Made by a program: the position numbers and the translations under genes. From positions 2,630,044 through 2,694,043 of the forward strand of contig OZ220728.1 in NCBI GenBank assembly GCA_965116845.1: 64,000 nt of DNA, written 5' to 3'. Positions within the stretch are counted from its first letter, which is position 1. Each line of letters opens with the position of its first letter. The notes below the pieces were generated by a model that saw only the letters and a list, made by a program, of their open reading frames with translations, was not told the origin of the DNA and did not search any database. Shown here one piece after another: positions 18,122-27,057 of the stretch. Origin of the DNA: Vicinamibacterales bacterium. Its GTDB lineage: Bacteria > Acidobacteriota > Vicinamibacteria > Vicinamibacterales > UBA8438.

Positions 18122-20830
18122 ATGGCTGTCCTGCGCGAGTTCTGGCACCGCCTCCGGGGCGTGCTCCGGCGCAACCCGGCCGATCCCGATCTCGAGCGCG
18201 AGCTGCGCTTTCATCTCGAACTGGCCGAGGAGGAGCTCCGCGCGAAGGGCCACTCGCGGGCCGAGGCCGCGCGGTTGGCGCGGGTGCGTCTGGGCGGCGT
18301 TCCCCAGGCCCTGGAGGCGCTGCGCGACCAGCGCGGGCTGCCGTGGCTCGACGACCTGCGGACCGATGTGCGGATCGGCGTGCGCGGCCTGGCCCGGCGC
18401 CCCGCGGTCGCGGCAACGGCGGCGTTGACGCTCGCGATCGGCATCGGGGCGACGGCGGCGGTCGCCACGTGGACGAACGGGCTGCTCTTTCAGCCGCTGC
18501 CGGTGCCCGACCCGGAGGAGCTCGTCGTGGTGGCGCAGCTCGACGAGCACACCGCGGAGTTCCCGCACGAGCTGTCGTATCCCGAATACCTCGACTACCG
18601 GGAGCTTGGCGACGTCTTCGAGGGTCTGGCCGCCTACGCCATGGCGGAGGGGCTGTTGTCGATCGACGGCGGAGCGGCCGAGCGGATCCGGATCGAATAC
18701 GTGAGCGACAACTACTTCGACGTCCTGCAGTTGGATGCCGGGCTCGGCCGCACGTTCCACGCCGACGAAGGCCTCCGGCGCGGCGATGCGCCCTTCGTCG
18801 TGTTGACGCACCACGCGTGGCAGACGCGGTTCGGCGGGGACGCGGACGTCCTCGGAAGGGTCGTGCGCCTGGGGCCGGCCAGCATGACCGTGATCGGGAT
18901 CACGCCAGAGCCGTTCGTCGGCGTCAACGGACTGGTCCCGGTCGAGGCGTTCGTCCCCGCCACGGAGGCCGCGCTCGTCGAACCGGGATGGAGGTGGACG
19001 GAGCTTCTGACGGATCGCCGGGAGGAGTCGTTCTTCCTGACCGGACGCCTCCGGCCGGGCGTCACCGTCGCGGAAGCCGCTGCGCAGCTCGACGTGCTCG
19101 CCGCGGCGCAGGCCACGGCGCACCCGGATGCGAGCGGTCACAGCGAGCTCTATGTCGTGTCTGAGCGTGACGCGAGACCATACCCCGGTGCGTCGCGACA
19201 TATCGCCCCCCTGATGACGGTGGTGATGGGACTGGCCTCGATGGTGCTGCTCATTGCCGTCGCCAACGTCGGAACCCTCCTGGTAGGGCGTGGCATCGCT
19301 CGGCGGCAGGAGATGGCCCTGCGCGCGGGTCTGGGGGCGACACGGCGGCGGCTCGTGCGGCAGTTGACCACCGAGAGCGTGCTGCTGGCGCTGGTGGGCG
19401 GAGCCGGAGGTGGGCTGGTCGCGCTCTGGGCCGCCGATCTCGTGGCGGCCCGCGCCGCGACGGAGCTCGCCCGCTCGATGCCGGCACGCGACCTGCCCAT
19501 GGACTGGCGGATCTTCGGCTTCACCGCGACGATCGCGATCGTCGCCGGCGTGCTCGCAGGCCTTGCGCCGGCGTTGCGCTCGACCCGGATCGACCTCGCG
19601 CGCGCCATCGGCTCCGGGGGTTGCAGCTCGGGCGCAGGATCTCGAGGACGGCGCCTTACGAACGGGCTCGTAGTGGTCCAGGTCGCGGTGTCCATGCTGC
19701 TGCTGGTCTGTGCGGGCCTGTTCGTGCAGAGCAGCCGGAACGCCGACGCGACCGACTTCGGTTTCAGAACCGACGATCTCCTGGTGCTGTCCGTCGATCC
19801 GCTCGCGCAGGGGTACGACCGGGATCGGGCCCGTGCCCTGTACCAGGAGATCGCCGCCGAGGTCGGTGCCTTGCCCGGCGTCAGGTCGGCGAGCTGGGCG
19901 CGCAGAGCACCGGTGAGGCCGGGCGGGATCTGGGGCAGGGTGTTTACCCGGGACGGCGGCACCGCGCCGGCGCCCGACGCGGCGCGGGTGGCCAAGAACT
20001 ACGTCGACCCCGGCTTCTTCGACACCGTGGGCATCCCGGTGCTCCAGGGACGGGGTTTCCGTGAGGAAGATGGAGCGAGCGACCGGCGGGTGGCGGTCGT
20101 CAGCGAACGCGCGGCCCGGGAGCTCTGGCCGGGGCAGGAGGCAGTCGGACGACGGATCGTCAACGCCGTGACGGGCGGAGCGCCGTTCGAAGTGATCGGA
20201 GTCGTGCGCGACGCACACATGTCGAGGTCGCCATTCGAGCAACCACCGTTCGTCCTCTATCCGTTCGGGCCCCGGCTCGCGGGGTCGGCCACGCTGCACG
20301 TGCACGTGGACGGAGCGCCGAGCGCCCTGATCCCGATGATCACCGACACGGTCCGCCGGCACGAGCCGACCCTGGCGATACTGGAGGCCGGCGGCATGGA
20401 CACCGTGGTGCGCTCGTTGGGGATGCTGGCCCTCGCGCGCGGCGGCGCCGCGGTCGTCGGCTCGTTCGGGCTGCTCGGCCTGCTGCTCGCCGCCGTAGGA
20501 CTCTACGGCGTCGTGTCGCACGCGGTGGTCCAGCGGCAGCAGGAGTTCGGGATTCGCGCCGCCCTCGGCGCCACCTCCGCCGCCATCATCCGGCTGGCGC
20601 TCGGTCGGGGCATCGTGCTCACGACGCTCGGATTGGCGTTCGGCGCGGTTGCGGCGGTCGCGGTCGCGCGGCTCACCGCCGGTTTCCTCTTCGACGTCAG
20701 ACCGGGCGACCCCCTTGCCGTGCTGGGGGTCGCGGGTCTGCTGCTGGCGGCGGTGGCGCTGCTTGCGTGCCTGATGCCGGCACGGCGCGCGGCGGCGGCC
20801 GACCCGCTCGCGACGCTGCGCGAGGGTTAG
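18122..20830 (+). CDS. ADOP-family duplicated FtsX-like permease
   Basis: Permease-prefix N-terminus (FWHRLRGVLRR...LERELRFHLE...). Two MacB-like periplasmic plus FtsX 4-TM modules. Sits next to padR as in Acidobacteria. Confidence 0.88.
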   Translation: MAVLREFWHRLRGVLRRNPADPDLERELRFHLELAEEELRAKGHSRAEAARLARVRLGGVPQALEALRDQRGLPWLDDLRTDVRIGVRGLARRPAVAATAALTLAIGIGATAAVATWTNGLLFQPLPVPDPEELVVVAQLDEHTAEFPHELSYPEYLDYRELGDVFEGLAAYAMAEGLLSIDGGAAERIRIEYVSDNYFDVLQLDAGLGRTFHADEGLRRGDAPFVVLTHHAWQTRFGGDADVLGRVVRLGPASMTVIGITPEPFVGVNGLVPVEAFVPATEAALVEPGWRWTELLTDRREESFFLTGRLRPGVTVAEAAAQLDVLAAAQATAHPDASGHSELYVVSERDARPYPGASRHIAPLMTVVMGLASMVLLIAVANVGTLLVGRGIARRQEMALRAGLGATRRRLVRQLTTESVLLALVGGAGGGLVALWAADLVAARAATELARSMPARDLPMDWRIFGFTATIAIVAGVLAGLAPALRSTRIDLARAIGSGGCSSGAGSRGRRLTNGLVVVQVAVSMLLLVCAGLFVQSSRNADATDFGFRTDDLLVLSVDPLAQGYDRDRARALYQEIAAEVGALPGVRSASWARRAPVRPGGIWGRVFTRDGGTAPAPDAARVAKNYVDPGFFDTVGIPVLQGRGFREEDGASDRRVAVVSERAARELWPGQEAVGRRIVNAVTGGAPFEVIGVVRDAHMSRSPFEQPPFVLYPFGPRLAGSATLHVHVDGAPSALIPMITDTVRRHEPTLAILEAGGMDTVVRSLGMLALARGGAAVVGSFGLLGLLLAAVGLYGVVSHAVVQRQQEFGIRAALGATSAAIIRLALGRGIVLTTLGLAFGAVAAVAVARLTAGFLFDVRPGDPLAVLGVAGLLLAAVALLACLMPARRAAAADPLATLREG

Positions 20831-20860
20831 CCTCAGCCGGCCGATCGTCCGGCGGCTTCC

Positions 20861-22366
20861 CTATGGGGCGTCGGCGGACCCGGACGAGACGGCGCCGAGC
20901 TCGCGCAGCAGGGCGGCGGAGCGGTCGCGCCGGATGACGCTGGCGGCCTGGTTGAAGCCCTGCTCGGCCAGGTCGAGCGGCGTGCGGTCGAGCTCGTCCG
21001 CGAGGTCGGTCCGGGCGCCGGCGGCGATGAGGTGGCGGATGACGCTGTCGGCGGCGCGGTAGACGGCGCCGTGGAGCGCGGTCTGCCCGTGGGCGTTGGC
21101 GCCGTCGATGTCCAGGCCGTGCGCCAGGGCCAGCTCGACCGCCGCCAGGATTTCGGACTCCGGCCGCTGGAGGCGCAAGCCCTCGGTGAAGACGACGCCG
21201 GCCGCGAGGGTGAGCGCGGTGTTGTTGGCGTACGTCGCCAGCCGCGGGTCGGCCCCGTGCTCGGCCAGCAACCGCATCGCCTCGTGGTCGGCGAGGCGGG
21301 CGGCCACGGCGTAGGGCGTCGCGCCGCCCATGTTGAGCAGGTTGTCGATCGCGGGGCGAGAGCCGGCCTGCGCGCGGGCATCCGTCAGTCGCGGCTGTGG
21401 CTCGGTCCGCGCGTTGGGGTCGGCTCCGGCCTCGAGGAGGAGGCGCATCAGGTCGAGGCTCTCCGTCGCGTGAAGGGCGGCGCCTTCCGAGGCCGCGGCC
21501 GGCACCTGGGGCCGGCGCTGGGGGCCGCGAGCGGCCACCAGGTCGTGGAGCGCGGTGTTCCCCCGTCCGTCGCGGGCAATCGGGTCGGCGTCGCGCGCAA
21601 GCAGCAGCGTTGCCAACGGATAGTGCCGGTTGGTGATCGCCATCCGCAGGAGGCTCTGCCCGTTCGGCGCGCGCGCGTCGACGTCCGCGCCCGCCGCGAG
21701 GAGCAGCCGCGCCGCGTCCCGGGCGTCCTGCCGGACGGCGAACATCAGCGCCGTGAAGCCGCCGGCGGAGGCGGCGTCGACCGAGGCGCCTCCCTCGAGC
21801 AGCACGTTCAGGATCGGAACGTGGTTCTCGGCCGCCGCCCACATCAGTGGAGTCTGGCCGCGCCACGTATCCGCCGCGTCGATGTCGGCGCCGCGGGACA
21901 GCAGCGCGCGGACCGCCGCTACGGCTCCCGTCCGCGCACACGTGAGCAGCGGCGCCTCGCCCGTGGGCGCCAGTCCGGGGTCGGCCCCCGCGTCGAGGAG
22001 CGCGGTCACGAGGGCAGCGCGGGCGCTGGCGCAGGCGAGCCCGAGCGGCGTCGCGCCGTTCCGGTTGACCGCATCGGTATTCGCCCGGGCGTCCAGCAGC
22101 AGCCGGACCAGCTCGGCGTCCTCCCGGTAGACGGCCCAGTGGAGCGCCGTCGTCCCGTCGACGGCCGCCGCGTCGACGTCGACCGACCCGGCCAGCAGGC
22201 GCGCCACCACTGCGTGGTCGCCGGTCCGCGCGGCGTCCGGCAGCCGGGCGTCGTCCGCGCCGGCCGGGGCAGCGAGCGAGACGGCCGCGGGCGCGAGACA
22301 GAGAACGGTCAGGACGGTGGTGAACGCCGCCCGGGATCGTCGTATCTGCATGGGTCGACTCTGCAT
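20861..22366 (-). CDS. Signal-peptide ankyrin-repeat protein, paralog 3
   Basis: Signal AAFTTVLTVLCLAPAAVSLAA. Alignable throughout to paralog 2 (for example DTWRGQTPLMWAAAENH, FAVRQDARDAARLLLAAGADV). An alternative ATG lies at 22351. Confidence 0.85.
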   Translation of the reverse strand: MQSRPMQIRRSRAAFTTVLTVLCLAPAAVSLAAPAGADDARLPDAARTGDHAVVARLLAGSVDVDAAAVDGTTALHWAVYREDAELVRLLLDARANTDAVNRNGATPLGLACASARAALVTALLDAGADPGLAPTGEAPLLTCARTGAVAAVRALLSRGADIDAADTWRGQTPLMWAAAENHVPILNVLLEGGASVDAASAGGFTALMFAVRQDARDAARLLLAAGADVDARAPNGQSLLRMAITNRHYPLATLLLARDADPIARDGRGNTALHDLVAARGPQRRPQVPAAASEGAALHATESLDLMRLLLEAGADPNARTEPQPRLTDARAQAGSRPAIDNLLNMGGATPYAVAARLADHEAMRLLAEHGADPRLATYANNTALTLAAGVVFTEGLRLQRPESEILAAVELALAHGLDIDGANAHGQTALHGAVYRAADSVIRHLIAAGARTDLADELDRTPLDLAEQGFNQAASVIRRDRSAALLRELGAVSSGSADAP

Positions 22367-22483
22367 TTGCCGGTTGCCGGCTACGGGTAGCTGCCGGTCT
22401 CCCGGTCCAGGGGCGGGGGCCGGACCCGATGGCCCGGCCCCCGATGCTCCGCGCTGCGCACGCCCGTGGACGAATCGGGGCCG

Positions 22484-24640
22484 CTACGGCGCCAGCGGAT
22501 GCGGGCGGACCTGGAAGCGGACAATCTCGCTCGTCATCCCCTTGCCGCCCTCGTTGTGCCAGTTCGCGATGGTGTCGTTGCTCGCCCAGACGCCGCGGCC
22601 CTTCCAGCCGGCTTCCGGATCGTCGATGCGTCCGTCGAGCCCGCGTGTGTAGAAGCCGAGCGGATAGGGGACGCGCAGCGTCAGCATCTCGCCGGTCTCC
22701 GGCAGCAACGCGATCAACGAATCCGAGGTGGTGCCGTTGACCAGCGGGACGTTCGTCCCGAGGCCGAGCGTGTCGAACTGATCGACCCACAGGTAGTAGT
22801 GGAAGTCCGCGCTGCCCGCCGCCGACACGCCAGCCATCTGCGGGCCCGGGGTCGGGTAGAGCGTCCATCCCTCGGGGCAGTGCTGGCCGGTGGCGTCCGG
22901 CCCGTTCACCACCGAGCACCGGCTTCGGTCGAAGCTCGCGAGGTGGCCGCTGCCCCCGAGCGCGGTCCAGATGACGCCGTTGCGATCGACGTCGATCCCG
23001 CGCGGCCCGTGTCCCCACTGCTCGGGGGGCACGGCGTCGGTCTCGAACGGCGGTTCGTAGACCTCGGCGAGGCAGGTGTCGGGATCGAGGCGGACGAGCT
23101 GGCCGGGTACGGGGTTCGGGTACGGCCGCGCCACCCAGACCGATCCGTCCACCGGGTTCGGGATGATGCCGTAGGCGAATCCGTTGATGCGGGTGTCCTT
23201 CGCCGGGTCCGGGGCCTCGCCCGGATCGACGTAGGCCCCGGCCCGCCCGTCGCCGTTCGTGTCGACGATGGTGGGGCACCAGCCTTGCGAGGCCTGTTCG
23301 TTGCCGGTCTCGTCGTAGAGGCGGGTGTTGATCCAGCCGACGACGTTGCCGTCGCCGCTGATCCAGAGCGTGTCGTCGGCGTCTTCGGCGAACTGCAGGT
23401 GGTGCGTGTCGAAGCAGGTGTCGATGAGGACGAACTCCTGCTGCTCCGGGTCGTAGTAGGACATCTGCCGGCCCGCGCGCTGCAACGGGAACCGCTGCAC
23501 CGACGGGTGATCGGACTCCTGGCACCAGGACGGGTTCTCGCGCGGCCGGATCGTCGACGTCATCCAGACGCGGCCCTGCGCGTCCATCATCGGGTTGTGG
23601 GGGTTGGCCGGCCCGGTCCGCTCCACCACCTCGTCGCCCCAGTAGGGCGACGGCACGGGGGCGACCGTCGGCGCGCCGTAGCCGGTGCCGCGGCGGTCCA
23701 TCGGCACCCGGGTCGGGATGTCGAGCTCGAACGCCAGGTGCCGCACGGGATCGGCGACGGCGAGCTTGCCCAGCATGTCGACGCCGTAGACCGGTCCGTT
23801 GGCGTTGACGGTCGGGTTCCGCTTGTCGGTGGTGATCTCGTCGTGAATGAAGCCGCGCTCGCTCGACCAGCCCCATTGCGTCAGCACCACGTTGCGCTCG
23901 GCGCCCGCCGGCCGGGGCGGCGCCGGCGGTACGTCACCGGCCAGGATACGGTCCGTCCAGCTTGCGAACGCCTGGAGCGACCGTTCCCGGCCCATCCGGT
24001 CGATGCCGGCGTTCATGCCGGCCCCGGTGGCGCCGATCAGCACGCGCTGGTCCCAGGCATGCAGCGTCGAGTCGTAGTCGTCGAGGTTGGGCACTTCGCG
24101 CGTCGCCAGGTTGCCCATCTGGTGGCAGAGCTGGCAGCCGTCCTTCAGGCGGTCCACCCACTCCGCCTGGTTGCGCATCTGGCGGCTGATGCCGTTGCCG
24201 CGCGGGCCGGTGCCGGGAAAATCGCCGGCCTCCGGCACCTCGAGCAACGCGTACCAGTAGTTGGCGGGGTAGATGGCCGCGGCGTCGCGCGGATCGGTCG
24301 CTACGGCGGGCGCCAGCTCGACGTCGTCGCCCGGCCGCGCTGCGACCCGTGTCGAATCCATGAGGCCGTAGCCGCGGGACCAGACCTCGTAGTTGGCGTC
24401 GGGAAGGTCCGGCACCAGGAACCGGCCGTCGTCGCCGGTGACCACGATCTTCCGGTAGACCGTCTCCAGGTCCGAGGTGGCGGCGATCACCCAGACCCCG
24501 GCCTCGGGGCCGGCATCGCTGTGCACGATGCCGCGGATGACGCCGTCGTCGCCGGCCGCCGGCAGCGTCGCGCCGCTCAGCCACAGCACGCCGGCCGCCG
24601 TTGCGATCGCCGTGCCGGAGAGCCACGTCCGTCGCATCAT
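22484..24640 (-). CDS. Secreted carboxypeptidase-regulatory-like domain / single CxxCH / beta-propeller-like protein
   Basis: ATGATG at 24640 is preceded by GAGGAG. Signal peptide. GVIRGIVHS...DGRFLVPDLPDANYEV (CarboxypepD_reg), then CQLCH, then a long C-terminal repeat-rich region. Confidence 0.8.
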   Translation of the reverse strand: MMRRTWLSGTAIATAAGVLWLSGATLPAAGDDGVIRGIVHSDAGPEAGVWVIAATSDLETVYRKIVVTGDDGRFLVPDLPDANYEVWSRGYGLMDSTRVAARPGDDVELAPAVATDPRDAAAIYPANYWYALLEVPEAGDFPGTGPRGNGISRQMRNQAEWVDRLKDGCQLCHQMGNLATREVPNLDDYDSTLHAWDQRVLIGATGAGMNAGIDRMGRERSLQAFASWTDRILAGDVPPAPPRPAGAERNVVLTQWGWSSERGFIHDEITTDKRNPTVNANGPVYGVDMLGKLAVADPVRHLAFELDIPTRVPMDRRGTGYGAPTVAPVPSPYWGDEVVERTGPANPHNPMMDAQGRVWMTSTIRPRENPSWCQESDHPSVQRFPLQRAGRQMSYYDPEQQEFVLIDTCFDTHHLQFAEDADDTLWISGDGNVVGWINTRLYDETGNEQASQGWCPTIVDTNGDGRAGAYVDPGEAPDPAKDTRINGFAYGIIPNPVDGSVWVARPYPNPVPGQLVRLDPDTCLAEVYEPPFETDAVPPEQWGHGPRGIDVDRNGVIWTALGGSGHLASFDRSRCSVVNGPDATGQHCPEGWTLYPTPGPQMAGVSAAGSADFHYYLWVDQFDTLGLGTNVPLVNGTTSDSLIALLPETGEMLTLRVPYPLGFYTRGLDGRIDDPEAGWKGRGVWASNDTIANWHNEGGKGMTSEIVRFQVRPHPLAP

Positions 24641-24725
24641 CGTGCTCCTCACTGTCGCGTCTCCTTGCCCCGAGTGCATCTGCTCCGGGCGATGTTCTGC
24701 ACGAGGGTGGACCCCGCGGGACGCC

Positions 24726-24761
24726 TTGTGCGCGTGACGCGGGACACCTTTGTGCGCGTGA
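24726..24761. repeat. Direct repeat TTGTGCGCGTGA x2 in a divergent intergenic region (candidate operator)
   Basis: Copies at 24726-24737 and 24750-24761 (24-nt period), each preceded by CCT(T). A TATAAC box lies at 24768-24773. Confidence 0.45.
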
Positions 24762-24806
24762 AGGGTGTATAACATGGATCGGCTGCGTGACGAACGACCA
24801 GGCGAC

Positions 24807-26987
24807 ATGACGGCGAGATTCCTCCGCGGCGTGCAGATCCTGGCCCTCGCCGGGGGGCTGGGCGCCCCGCCGCCTGCTGCTGCCTCCGGGCAGGAACCGG
24901 TCACCTTCGCCGAGCACGTAGCGCCCCTCTTCGCGGCGCACTGCGTCTCGTGCCACCGCCCGGGCGGGATCGGCCCGTTCAGCCTGCTCGACTACGAGGC
25001 GGCGCGCGCGCGCGCCGCGGACATCGCGGAGGCGACCGCCGACCGCGCGATGCCCCCGTGGAAGCCGGTCGAGCCCGCCGCCGCGTTCGAGGGCGAGCGC
25101 CGGCTGAGCGCGGCCGACATCGACCTCCTGGCGCGCTGGGCCGGCGCGGGAGCCCCGCGAGGTCCGGCGGGTGCGCAGCCTCCCCCGCCGGCCGCCCGCG
25201 GCGACTGGCAGCTCGGCCCGCCGGATCTGATCGTCCCGATGCCCGAGCCGTATGTCCTGCCGGCAGGCGACGCCGACGTTTACCGCAAGTTCGTGCTGCC
25301 GGTGCCGACCGAGGGCGAGCGCTGGGTCCGGGCCGTGGAGATCCGCCCCGGCCCCTCCAGCCCCATCCACCACGCGACGATCCGCATCGACACGAACGGC
25401 CGGGCGCGCGCGCTGGACGATGAGGATCCGCTCCCCGGCTACGGCGGCTTCATGGTCGAGGCGGCCCGCTTTCCGCCCGGCCACGTTCTCGGGTGGGCGC
25501 CCGGGCGCACCGTGACCGAGCAGTCGGATGCCCTCTCCTGGGCCCTCGCGCCGGGCTCCGACTTCGTGCTGCAGCTTCACCTGCTGCCGGGGACGGCGCC
25601 GGTCCCGGTGCAGCCGGAGGTCGGCCTGTACTTCGCCGACGCCCCGGCGACGGTCGAGCCGGTGTCGGTCATCCTGCAGTCGATGACGATCGACATTTCG
25701 GCCGGCGATGGCGCACACGTGGTCCGGGACGCCTTCCGCCTGCCGGTGTCCCTCGACCTGCTGGCCATCTATCCGCACGCCCACTATCTCGGCCGCGAGG
25801 TGCGGGCGACGGCGACGCTCCCCGACGGGACCGAGCGGACCCTGCTGCGCATCGACGACTGGGATTTCAACTGGCAGGACGAGTACCGCTACCGGACACC
25901 GGTCCACCTGCCGGCGGGGACGCGCGTCGAGATGCACTACGTCTACGACAACTCGGCCGCCAATCCCCGCAACCCGCACGACCCGCCGCAACGCGTCGTC
26001 TTCGGCCCGCAGTCGAGCGACGAGATGGCGCAGTTGCTGCTGCAGGTAGTGCCCGTGGGTCCTGAGGATCGGGAGACGCTGACCAACGCGTTGCGCGTGA
26101 AGTCCGCGCGGGACGAGATCCTCGGCTACCAGGCGCGGCTGCGGCGCGACCCGGAGGACCACGAGAGCCGGACAGGCCTCGCCGTGCGCTACATGGAGGT
26201 GGGCCAGGTCGCGCTGGCCGAGGAGGAGTTGCGCGAGGCGATCCGGATGGCGCCCGACTTCGCGGACGCGCACTACAATCTCGGCAGCGTGCTGCAGGCG
26301 CAGGGGTCGGTCCGGCAGGCGATCGGCGCCTATCGCCGGGCGATCTCGATCGACCCGGCATACAGCGAGGCCCACAACAACCTCGGGGCGCTCCTCGACA
26401 CCAGCGGCGACCGGGAGAACGCCCTGGCGCACTACAGGCTGGCGGTCCAGTTCGGGCCGCGCGAGGCGGCGGCGCATTACAACCTCGGCATCGCGCTGAT
26501 GGCCCGCCGCCAGCAGGACGAGCCGGTCACCGAGGCGGTCGAGGCGTTCCGGCAGGCGGTGGCGCTCGATCCGGACTACCCGGAGGCGCACGCGAGCCTC
26601 GGGGCCGCGTTGCTCGTGGAAGGCGAACCGGAGGAGTCCATCGCCGCGTACGAGCGGGCGATCGCCCTCGATCCGTCATCGCCGCGAGTGCTGGTGGAGC
26701 TGGCCTGGCTGCGCGCAACGGCGCCGGAGCCGGAGCTGCGGGACGTGGTGCGGGCGATTACGTTGGCCGAGCGCGCACGATCGCTCTACGGGGACACGCA
26801 TCCCGTGCTGCTCGACACGCTCGCGGCGGCCTATGCGGCGGACGGCCGGTTCGACGAGGCGATCGCGTTGGCTCGGGAGGCGGCGGACCGCTCGCGAGCG
26901 TCGGCCGGGTTCGAGTCGCGCACGGCCGCGATCAACGAACGGCTGGGCTTCTACCTCGCACACCGGCCCTACCGCATGACGCGATGA
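24807..26987 (+). CDS. CxxCH domain + PHM/DBH-like copper monooxygenase + TPR repeats
   Basis: CVSCH...MPPWKP N-terminal module. Cu-ligand pattern IHHATIRI, VLQLHLL, YPHAHYLG and SSDEMA matches the HH..H..HxH..M of peptidylglycine monooxygenase. C-terminal TPRs (AHYNLG, AHNNLG). Confidence 0.8.
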   Translation: MTARFLRGVQILALAGGLGAPPPAAASGQEPVTFAEHVAPLFAAHCVSCHRPGGIGPFSLLDYEAARARAADIAEATADRAMPPWKPVEPAAAFEGERRLSAADIDLLARWAGAGAPRGPAGAQPPPPAARGDWQLGPPDLIVPMPEPYVLPAGDADVYRKFVLPVPTEGERWVRAVEIRPGPSSPIHHATIRIDTNGRARALDDEDPLPGYGGFMVEAARFPPGHVLGWAPGRTVTEQSDALSWALAPGSDFVLQLHLLPGTAPVPVQPEVGLYFADAPATVEPVSVILQSMTIDISAGDGAHVVRDAFRLPVSLDLLAIYPHAHYLGREVRATATLPDGTERTLLRIDDWDFNWQDEYRYRTPVHLPAGTRVEMHYVYDNSAANPRNPHDPPQRVVFGPQSSDEMAQLLLQVVPVGPEDRETLTNALRVKSARDEILGYQARLRRDPEDHESRTGLAVRYMEVGQVALAEEELREAIRMAPDFADAHYNLGSVLQAQGSVRQAIGAYRRAISIDPAYSEAHNNLGALLDTSGDRENALAHYRLAVQFGPREAAAHYNLGIALMARRQQDEPVTEAVEAFRQAVALDPDYPEAHASLGAALLVEGEPEESIAAYERAIALDPSSPRVLVELAWLRATAPEPELRDVVRAITLAERARSLYGDTHPVLLDTLAAAYAADGRFDEAIALAREAADRSRASAGFESRTAAINERLGFYLAHRPYRMTR

Positions 26988-27057
26988 GCGGGGGAGCGCG
27001 ATGCGATTCGGTTGCGGTCGGCGCCGGATCCTGACGGCGCGGGTTGAGGAGGCAGCC

